64,000 bases of DNA from Acidobacteriota bacterium (lineage in GTDB: Bacteria; Acidobacteriota; Thermoanaerobaculia; Gp7-AA8), in the NCBI GenBank assembly GCA_019244185.1, contig JAFATB010000006.1:160001-224000 (forward strand), read 5' to 3'. Within the stretch, counting starts at the first letter, position 1. Each line of letters begins with the position of its first letter. Under the pieces are notes generated by a model, which made no database searches, was not told the origin of the DNA, and saw only the letters and a list, made by a program, of their open reading frames with translations. This document shows positions 40,595 through 50,500 of this stretch, piece after piece. A program made the translations under genes and the position numbers.

Positions 40595-40747
40595 ACCAGT
40601 ACCCGATAACCTGCACCGGTGTGAGTTGGCCGCGTTCGGCCGCAACGTGCATTGTAGCGACGGCAATCTCTCGCGTTTTCAGATACCAAACCCAGGTCTA
40701 TCGGTGAAGATCATCAAGGATGATGACCGTCGAACGCCCACCGGTAT

Positions 40748-40978
40748 TCATGAAACTGCCAAACTTCTTTTTCGCCCACCCCAGCGCCGATCCCGCAAAC
40801 GCTTTGAAATACCGAGCGTCGTGTTCTGGCACTGCTCGCCGACCGGATCGCGGCCATTAACCGGGTCGCCGCCCGCAAATGTGTAAGGCGTTGAAGAGTC
40901 TTGATAATTCGGATCCGGCGGCACGAATGTGCCGGTCAAGGAATCCAGCCACCGCTCCCTTGCAGACACGCTAGCCAC
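40748..40978 (-). pseudogene. degenerate Rhs core-end fragment
   Basis: ARERWLD...YTFAGGDPVNGRDPVG parallels the core end of the giant Rhs. Confidence 0.75.
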
Positions 40979-41003
40979 TTGACTGCATACAATCGCGGCT
41001 CCG

Positions 41004-41540
41004 CTAAAATCGACTACTTCGGCGGTTGCGTTGCATTATTTTGCGGTTCCGCGCTGCGGTGTAGTCTTTACCGTGGTCAACAGAAGGCGAATCTGAAATA
41101 TCCGAATATGGGCCGTCGGCAGCCATCTCAGGGAAGGCACGCACCGGCACTTCTACGCCTCGGACCTGTGTTACGGGCTCATATTCCACAGGTGCAAACA
41201 TCATCGGTATAAAGTCCGTGGCGAAGAATGTTCCCACTGCTATGGCGCGACTGCGATCCGCAGCCGTGATGGTCGTGAAGCCCTGGCCAGGAACGTACAG
41301 GATCTCGCCGTCTGCATCAGCGCGTGCAACCGCCGCTTCGAACGTCGCGATGTCGTTGACCATCGTCCGCTTCGCGAGTTCGTAATATTCTGTCGTGACG
41401 GTCAAATCGGCCATCTGCGTTTCGTAATCGCCGCCAATCGCGCCGCTCGTGTCGTACCACTTCCGCGCTACTGGCACACGAAGCGGCTGCCTGAACGACC
41501 TACGTTCGGTTCTCGTGAAATCGTCATAGACCTTCTTACC
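41004..41540 (-). pseudogene. orphan Rhs C-terminal toxin remnant (HNH-type lead-in), truncated
   Basis: GPYSDISDSPSVDHGKDYTAARNRKIMQRNR resembles the start of HNH toxin tips; lower GC. Confidence 0.45.
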
Positions 41541-41564
41541 GCGCCCTTTCAGCATCGCGAACCG

Positions 41565-42735
41565 CTCGCGTTTGCGTGGCGTCGACTTTCGTCTGCGCCG
41601 CGTCATGCGGCCGTTCGCCGTGTAGCTCGCCTGCGCGACTCGCCGATGAGCGTGCCGACCGCGCGTAGGTCTTGACGCTCTTCGGGTTGCCCCAGTCGTC
41701 GAAGTCGGTGACGGTCTTCACGCCGTTCGGAGCGAGCGACGACGTCGCGCGGCCGTGGACGTCGTACGCGACGGCGCTCGCGCTGTGGTTGTCGGCCGAG
41801 TAGACGAGGTTGCCCGCGAGGTCGTACGCGTACTGTTCGACGATCGGCGTGCCGCCGGTGGTCGTGGTGCGCTTCGCGATTCGTCCGAGCCCATCCAGTT
41901 CTTCCGTGACCACCGCGCCGCCGGGCAGCATGCGCACGATCTTGCGATTGGTGAGGTCGTAGTCGGTGGTCGTGGTGACGGAGGTGAGGCCCTCGCCCAC
42001 CGCGACGTTGTTCGTCGTCGACTGCTTCACGCGACCGAGCGGGTCGTACGCGAGCGACGTGGTCACGCTGTGGCCGTCCTGCTTGTGCGTGGTCTCGGTG
42101 AGGCGTCCGTTGAGGTCGTACTTGGACGACTCCTCGAGCGAGAGCGACGGGCCGGTGGTGACGCTCGACACCGGACGGCGCCAGCCGTCGAGGTTCGTGA
42201 GCGTCGAGACGCCGCGCTCCTCGTCGACCTTGATCTGATCGGGCCCCGGATACGCGAACTTCGTCTGCAGGCCGGAGGCATCGACGAGCTCCGGCATCGC
42301 GCGCGCGTACTCCGGCGCGGTGGCGTCGCGGAACTTGTAGCTGACTGACGCGTTGCCGCCGGCGTCGGTGCCGCCCGTGCTCGTGACGGTTTTCGGCTGG
42401 CCGTACGCGTCGACTTCGACCGTCGTCGTGATGGCGTCGTTCGTGGCCGCGACGCTCTTCTTCATCGCGCTCGGCTCGGAGGTATGGATCGTGTCGCTGC
42501 CGATGCTGACGCTCTCGAGATACGCGGGACGCGGATTCGACGATGCGTCGTCGTAGCCGAAGGTCCGCTTGATCGGCGTCGCGCCGCTGCCGCTCGTTTC
42601 GCTGGTGAAGAGCACGAAGCCGGGCGCGCCGGGCTCGATCGATTTGTAGGTGTTCGTCGTCGTGCGGATCGTGCTCGTGGCGCCGATGCCGAGAGCTCGC
42701 TTCGTCGTTTGTCGTCCTTTGAGCATGCGCCGCGG
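41565..42735 (-). repeat. diverged duplicate of an internal YD-repeat segment of the giant Rhs (about 48190-49380)
   Basis: Near-identical DNA and protein (TIRTTTNTYKSIEPG...WGNPKS) with scattered substitutions and indel-rich edges. Confidence 0.9.
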
Positions 42736-42740
42736 CCTTC

Positions 42741-43271
42741 CTAATTCAAGTCGTACTCTGCGCCCGAACGAACGCTCGCTGTAAATCGGACGCCGCTTTC
42801 CATTAACTCTTTGCTGATGGTCCGACGTAATAGGATTTCACCTTTGAAAAGCGGCGTTTGATTTCTCGCTCGAACGATTTTGAAGGGCGCCAAAGCGTTC
42901 GCGTCGTCAGTTGCGGTACCGACTTGACCCTGATGACGGCAACGTCGCCGAACCGACCGCCTGACTGATGACCACCGTTGCCGGATTCTGCATTTGATCG
43001 ATTGCACACTTCACTCCGCCACGCCGCTGCGGCACTTCACGGATATTGATCCGCTGGGTCGCAGCCGCGACGAGGTAACTCCGCTCCTGTGCTTGATCAC
43101 CTTTCTGCGCGACTCCGAATGACTCGATAGTTCGACGGAGTTCGCGGTAAACAGTTCCGGCTTATCGAACAACCCGGTAAGAACATACTGCAGTCGTTGC
43201 TCGGCTTCGATCGCAGCCGCTGCCGTTTTCAAGTCTTCATTCACCGCGAAGAACACGATCGATTTGCTCAT
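42741..43271 (-). pseudogene. orphan immunity gene, frameshifted
   Basis: GAGGTGA RBS directly after the toxin stop; MSKSIVFFA... and ...GVRFTASVRSGAEYDL lie in different frames. Confidence 0.55.
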
Positions 43272-43280
43272 CTCACCTCA

Positions 43281-43595
43281 CTACTGTTTCGGCTTCGGAA
43301 TCAACACCAGGTGATCACCCGGCTTTGCTGGCGAATGCGCGTCGCGCTTGGTGGCTTCGCGTGTTGTTGGCGTGATCCCATCCGCACGCGTATCCACGGT
43401 GTTGATCCGGAGCGTCCGACCGTTCTTCGTGGCCGTGATGTCACGCCATGACGAACCGCGTCGCGCTCCTCCGGGTCCAGGCAAATACTCCTCTGGCGCA
43501 CGTCCGCCACCGTACGTTACCGTCCACCCTCTTGCTTACAGCTCGTTAGTAATCTGCGCGATCTGCTCGCGCGTCTCAGGGCTGCCAAGACCGCA
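43281..43595 (-). pseudogene. orphan REase-fold-like toxin tip with internal stop
   Basis: GLGSPETREQIAQITNEL*ARGWTVTYGGG..EEYLPGPGG...DITATKNGRTLRINTVD. Confidence 0.6.
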
Positions 43596-44050
43596 AGTCG
43601 AGCAAAGATCCCCGCTAAGAACGCTTGCGCTGTAAATTCTCCAGCCTCGCGCTCTTGCTGTTCGGGGCTGATATTGCCGGCGATAGCATGCACGCAAAAA
43701 CTTGTTGTACCCCGATGCAGTCGTTGAGCGCGATGAGAGAGACCATCGCGGTACTGCGATCCTGGCCGAGCAATTCGCTTTGCGCCGTCCGAGTCAGTCT
43801 CGTCGATAGTTCGCGGAGTCAGGTCGATGCCGCGCTCTGCTTTTACTTACCCAGCAAAATCCCTTCGGGCAGCTCGCGGCGGCTGATGGCACGGCTTAAG
43901 TGGTCGTAAGAGGCCATCTAGGGCCTTATGTTGTCACAATGTACGGCACTTCGATCCAATCATACTTTGGCGACGTCGCGCTATACCGACCCGGGGCAGG
44001 CAGATACGCATATGCCGTGGTTGGCCCAACGTAGTGGGTGCCGAGGAGCT

Positions 44051-44521
44051 TTACTTAACGGTATTTTCGTCCCAGGCCGCGTTGAAAGCGCGATGCAGCA
44101 AAGGATCATCCGGCCCAGTAGGCAACCATCCGTCCCTGACGTCCGATGAATTGAACCACTGCCATACACGATGGCATTGCTCCTCATAATACTCGCCGAC
44201 AAGGGTCATCCAATCTGAAAATGCTTGGACTCGGGCGTACTCGGCGCTTGAGTCACCGCGCCAACCATCGGGCAGGTACTCGCGCAGAAACCTAGACAAG
44301 GTATCGACTGCGAATGCCCGCATGTCGTCTGACATTTCCGCTTCCTCTTTCAAGAGGAGCTTCAACTGAATCGGCGCCACGGAACTTGAGAGAACCTCAA
44401 TCATCTGATCGAAGGTTTCAGTTCGATGCGACCGAGCAAATTCTGTCGCGCTGCGGTATCCAAGTGCACGCACCCTCGACCGCAATCGTTCGTGCCAGTC
44501 GCCATCCCAAACGTTTGTCAT
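44051..44521 (-). CDS. cognate immunity protein of the giant Rhs toxin
   Basis: ATGA overlap with the Rhs stop; WxGDW..RL..RVR..G and GWLPTGPDDPLL motifs. Confidence 0.8.
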   Translation of the reverse strand: MTNVWDGDWHERLRSRVRALGYRSATEFARSHRTETFDQMIEVLSSSVAPIQLKLLLKEEAEMSDDMRAFAVDTLSRFLREYLPDGWRGDSSAEYARVQAFSDWMTLVGEYYEEQCHRVWQWFNSSDVRDGWLPTGPDDPLLHRAFNAAWDENTVK

Positions 44522-47500
44522 TGTCGAAATGGGACAAACGAGCCTGAAAGGCCATAGTCCCTCATCATTTGCTTGCCAACATCGAAAACTTCAGCAAACG
44601 TCAATGCCCGCCCAAGAAGCTTTTCGCGCTGCGAGATGCGGGACATGATCTGTCGATTCCATTCGCCTTCCCATTTGCGACCAAGGCGATAGTTCCCGCC
44701 TCCGTGAATGGCTTGATGAATCGCTTCGTCCAACTCCAGAGTAAACTGATCAATATCGCGACCCCCTGTGAAACCACGGACCTCAAAGAACGCTCGAAAT
44801 TCTTGAGGAAAAACATGGTGACGAGGATTGCGGACCACGCCGGCACCGCGCGCGCCAGTCTCAGTCACCGCATCCGATTCTGGGCCCTCCCCCAAGGAAT
44901 CGTGCACTGAACTCGCGAGCACAATCGTCGAGACCATCGGGCCACTTCGTGCGCTACGCGCGATCACTCCCGCCGTGGGCAATACTACTCCCGAGCTTGT
45001 CGCAAGTGCCGGTGCAGGAGTTGTCGGCGTGTTCATCGCGGACACTGTCCCGCGCACAGCTGTATAGCCATCAAGCAACGCTGGTGCAGCCGCGCGTGCT
45101 ATGTCTTCTTTGCATCCACTGCTCGAAGCGGCGTCGATTGCCTTTACTCGCTTGTCAACCGCGCCTCCAATAACATATACTGGCGTACCTTCGCCACGTT
45201 CGACAGCCGCGATGGCAAGTGACAGGCTGCGTCGTTCCTGACGACGAGCGTCTGCGGCATTCTCATGCACCCATCCCCCATACCCGAATGTTAGGGTATC
45301 GATGAGTTTCACAGTTTGATCCCCACCAAAGTTCATGAATCCGACGAATGCACCCTTAGCCCATTGCCAAGCGCCCTCCCCTGCCGCTTGTAATGATGCA
45401 AGCGTTGTGTTCTTGCATGGCTTCTGCAGCCCTGAAGGGTCTCGATCATTTACGGGGTCGCCCCCAGCGAAGGTATAAAGGTTTGAAGCGTCGACGTACC
45501 CCAGCGGATCCGGCGACAGGAACGCCCCCCGCCCCGCATCAAACCAGCGCTCCCTCGCGAACACGAGTCCCGTCCCTACCTCCTCGAACGGCAAGGCCTG
45601 GAACGACGACATGAGGATGCTGCGACCCACTGCCGGCTCCGCTGGTGAGCCCAAGGCGGCGAGGGAGGGGGCGGCGTAGGGGGTGGTGGTGGGGTCGGGG
45701 GCGGCGAGGAAGGACGTGAGCGTCGCGAGGGACGCGCGGTATTCGACGGGGAGGGTGGGGGAGGTGTGGATGGGGTGGGCGGTGGTGGCCCAGGTCGGGG
45801 GCGGGAGGATGGGGGTGGCGGTGGACCACGCTTTGGCGCGGAGGGTGTTGGTGACGGCAATCGAGAGCGATTGGACGTCGCCGGTGGGGGACGTGAGCGC
45901 GGTCCACTGGGTGGGGGTGAGGGTCCAGTGGATGGTGTTGGGGTCGGAGAGCGTGGAGGTGACCGTCGCGGTGCGGACGACGTTGCCGCTCGCGGTCACG
46001 GCGGCGAGGCGGGTGCCGGTGGCGAGGGTGGCCTCGTCGAGGGCTTCGGTCGAGCGGATCGAGACCTCCACGGCCGTGAGGTTACCACTCGCGTCTTTGG
46101 TCTTGCTCAGCGTGATGCGATCGATGGCGGCGCCGGCGAGGCTGCTTTCTTCTTCGCCGTAGGCGCCGTCGACGACGGTGCGGGAGATGACTTTGCCGTC
46201 GTCGCCGAGGATGAGCTGGAGGTTGCCGTTGCCGGCTTCGTCGAAGACGGGGTAGAAGTGATGCACGTCGGGCGTCACGCCGTCGGTCACGGTCACCTCG
46301 AGCGGATCGTCGTAGGCGGCGTCGCCGTGGATGAGTTGGCGGAGAAGACCTCCGTTGGCGTCGACGGACGGGTTCGCGCTCGCGCCGGCTTTGTAGACGG
46401 AGACGAGACGGTCGGAGATCGGGTCCCACACGAACGTCGTCTCGGCGGGCAGGCCGTCGGCGAAGAGGACGGCGTCGCGGTTCTCGAGCTTCCAGTCGCT
46501 GTCGAGCGGCGGCATGGAGATGGAGCTCAGCTGCGCATACTCGACGCGGCGGCCGACGATGCGGTTGCTCGCGGCGTAGTCGTAGCGGAAGCGGCGGATG
46601 GTGAGTGACGGCGTCGGGATTTCGGTCGCGGTGATGATGCGGCCGCGGTCGTCGAACTCGTACTGATAGCGGCCATCACCCGTGCGCTCGGCGCCGATGT
46701 AGGTGAACGTGTGCGACTCGCCGTTCGCGGCCACGGTGCCGATGCGGTGTCCGGACAGCTCGTCGAAGTTGAGCGTCGGCGGCGCGGCCGGTTCGACGGA
46801 CGGCGACGGACGCTCGAGCTGCGTGCGGAAGCCGGCGTCGGTGACGTGCTCGATCGACGGATTGCTGCTGTCGTCGTGCGCGGTGACGGTCGTGAGCAGA
46901 CGGCTGCGCGCGTCGTAGGAGTACTCGTTGAAGCGTGTATCGGCGGAGATGCCGAGGAGCTGCTCGCGTTTGATCTGCACGCCGTCGTACGTGATGGCGG
47001 AGCCGCCGACGACGTTGCCGCCGGCGACGATGCGCAGCTCGGAGAGCTGTCCCGCGTTCGCGGTGTCGTAGGTGTACTGACGCTCGATGACGGCCGACGC
47101 GCTCGTCGTCAGCGTACGCACGTTGGGGCGGCCGGCATTGCGGTAGTCGGCGGTGAGCAGCGGCATCGGCGACGGCGCACCGATGAGCGTGCGCGTCATC
47201 GCGCTCACGTTGCCGGCGGCGTCGTGGCTCTCCCCTACCTTCTGCGTCCATTGCGTCGCGCTGGTGGGAAAGCCGCTGTAGGACGGCATCGTCCACGACT
47301 CGCGTTCGCCGTGCACGTTCCAGGTGTGATCCTGCTCATAGGAATCGAGCACGGTCGCCGAGCCGAAGCCGGAGTGATCCTTGAAGCGCGTCTGCTTCGT
47401 GCGGCGCGGGCGATCCTCGAAGTCGTAGTCCTCGAAGACGAGCGCGGCGTCGCGCGTGCGCCATGTGGTGATGCGGCCGGCGGCGTCGTAGTCGAGCTTC

Positions 47501-50500
47501 TCGATGAGCTCTCCGCCGTTGCGGCGGATCTCGGTGAGCTGGTTCTTGTCGTCGTAGGTGTAGTTGAAGAGGCGGCCTTGGCGGTCCTTCATCGACGCGA
47601 GGCGCGAGCCGTCGTAGGTCCAGGTCTCCTGCGTGCCGTCGGGATAACGGCGGACGCTCGGACGGCCGAGGAGATCGGACTCGGTCGTTTCGGTGAGGCC
47701 GGTGCCGGTGCCGCCGTCGGACTCGTCGCGATACGACGTGTCGGTGCCGGCGGCGTGATAGCCGTACTTCACTTCGGGGGCGCCCGGCTCGCGTTTCGAG
47801 AGCAGGTTGCCGCGCGCGTCGAAGTGCTGCCTCGTCGACTCGCGCGCGGGCGGCGCGTCGGCGGTGACGTTGCCGTCCTCGTCGTAGCTACGCTTCCACT
47901 CGAGCGCGCCGGCCTGGTTCCGCGTCGGATTGCCGAGCGTGTCGTAGTCGTACTGCATGTCGATCGGCGAGGTCGCGCCGCGCTCGGTGAGCGTGCCGTT
48001 CTTGACCATGCCGCCGGTGTAGTCGGAGGCGAGGTACTTCGAGAACTCGGTCGTGATGGTCGACGTCGTGCCGGCGCCGGCGATCGAGGACTTGAGGCGT
48101 CCCGCGTCGTCGAAGGCCTGCTTCGCGGCGCGTCCGCTGACGGCGGTCGACGTGATGCGGCCGGCGCCGTCCCACTTCATCTCGCTCTCGCGCGTTTGCG
48201 TCGCGTCGACTCTCGTCTGCGCCGACGTCATGCGGCCGTTCGGCGTGTAGCTCGCCTGCGACTCGCCGATGAGCGTGCCGACCGCGTCGTAGGTCTTGAT
48301 GCTCTTCGGGTTGCCCCAGTCGTCGTAGTCGGTGACGGTCTTCACGCCGTTCGGCGCGAGCGACGCGGTGGCGCGGCCGTGGACGTCGTAGGCGACGGCA
48401 CTCGCGCTGTGGTTGTCGGCCGAGTAGACGAGGTTGCCCGCGAGGTCGTACGCGTACTGTTCGACGATCGGCGTGCCGCCGGTGGTCGTGGTGCGCTTCG
48501 CGACGCGTCCGAGTCCGTCGAGTTCTTCGGTGACGACGGCGCCGCCGGGCAGCATGCGCACGATCTTGCGATTGGTGAGGTCGTAGTCGGTCGTGGTGGT
48601 GACGGAGGTGAGGCTCTCGCCCACCGCGACGTTGTTCGTCGTCGACTGCTTCACGCGACCGAGCGGGTCGTACGCGAGCGACGTGGTCACGGTGTGGGCG
48701 TCCTGCTTGTGCGTGGTCTCGGTGAGGCGTCCGTTGAGGTCGTACTTGGACGACTCTTCGAGCGAGAGCGACGGGCCGGTCGTCACGCTCGACACCGGAC
48801 GGCGCCAGCCGTCGAGGTTCGTGAGCGTCGAGACGCCGCGCTCCTCGTCGACCTTGATCTGATCCGGCCCCGGATACGCGAACTTCGTCTGCAGGCCGGA
48901 GGCATCGACGAGCTCCGGCATCGCGCGCGCGTACTCCGGCGCGGTGGCGTCGCGGAACTTGTAGCTGACCGATGCGTTGCCGCCGGCGTCGGTGCCGCCC
49001 GTGCTCGTGACGGTTTTCGGCTGGCCGTACGCGTCGACTTCGACCGTCGTCGTGATGGCGTCGTTCGTGGCCGCGACGCTCTTCTTCATCGCACTCGGCT
49101 CGGAGGTATGGATCGTGTCGCTGCCGATGCTGACGCTCTCGAGATACGCGGGACGCGGATTCGACGACGCGTCGTCGTAGCCGAAGGTCCGCTTGATCGG
49201 CGTCGCGCCGCTGCCGCTCGTTTCGCTGGTGAAGAGCACGAAGCCGGGCGCGCCAGGCTCAATCGATTTGTAGGTGTTCGTGGTCGTGCGGATCGTCGCG
49301 CTCGTGGCGCCAATGCCGGAAAGCGTCGCCGTCTCCAGCATGCCGTCGGGCACATACGTGAAGAGCATGCGCCGCGTCAGCGACTCGGTCGGCGCGCCGG
49401 ACGGCGTGACCGCGGCCGGCAACGTGCCGAACGGCGTCGTCACCGCGGCGACGTTCGTCTCATCGAGCTGCCTCACGTGCGCGCGGTCGGTGGTGTAGTT
49501 GCCCGGCTGCGGCGTGAGCTCGTAGACGCGCTCCTGGCCGAGAACGTCTTTGGTCGTGGTGTGCGTCGCGTCCGTGTAGGTGAACGTGGCCGACTCGCCG
49601 GTCTTCCACGTCTGCGTCTTCACCTTGTCGCGATCGCTGGTGCTGTACGCGAACGCGACGCGCGGACCCTCGCCCATCGGATCGGTGATGGACGTGAGGT
49701 TCGGCGCGAGCTCGAGCTTGTCGTTGTACGTCGATGCGGGCGTGCCGTAGCCGTATTGCGTAGTCGGACGTCCGGTGCCGGTCTCCGGCAGCGTCGCGGT
49801 GATGAGGCGGCCCGCGTCGTCGTAGTCGTAGTCGACGCGCCCGAGCCAGCTTTCGATCGACTGCAGGCGTCCCGCTTTCAGTCCCGTGCCATCGGGGAAG
49901 TACATGAGGCGCGACACGCGGCCGACCGGATCGATGACCTGCGCGAGGCGGCCGCTGAGATCGTAGAGATAGCGGACGACGTTGCCGGCGTCGAGCGCGT
50001 ACGCGTTCGGCGCGAACTCGTCGGTCTCGTGCACGAGGCGTCCCATCGAATCGAACGCGCTGATGCGCGCCTTCTGATCGACGAGCACCCAACCACGATC
50101 GGTGCGCGAGAGCTTGAGGAAGAGTCCCTTCGGACGCTGGTAGAAGCCGGTGGCGTTGTCGAGCGTGAAGCGCCAGATCTCGCCGGCGCCGTCGCGATAT
50201 TCGACGTCGCCGTTCGGCAGCGCGCGCAGGCGGCGGAAGATCGACGACTCCCACCCCATACCGACCGTGCCGCCGATCGTGCGCGAGCGATACGTGCGAT
50301 CGAACAGGGCGTTCCAGCCGTTGCGGCCGCCCGCATCCATGTCGAGCGCGGAGGTCTCGACTTCGCCCGAATGGAGATACGTCGTCTCCTGCAATGCGCC
50401 GCCGGCTACGGGAGGCGCCTGCGCGGCGACGAGCACGCTCGGCGGACGCACGGTGTCGGCCATGATGGTGGCAAAGCGCGCGGTGAAACGGTTCTCGCGT

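Larger units (their letters stand above)
37400..40603 (+). mobile_element. IS1-family transposon with passenger genes and structured non-coding elements
   Basis: 36-bp terminal IRs (37400-37435 / 40568-40603, 28/36 identical, starting GGT); IS1-type transposase inside; no target duplication. Confidence 0.85.

Noticed and set aside
41546-42727. CCTTT(C/G)AGCAT at both edges of the Rhs duplicate as a target duplication
   Set aside because: The right copy is partly explained by homology to the main gene (GAGCATGCGCCGCG near 49364); the match is short and imperfect
41565-42735. DGR template/variable repeat pair with 48190-49380
   Set aside because: Too long, differences are not adenine-specific, and no RT is present
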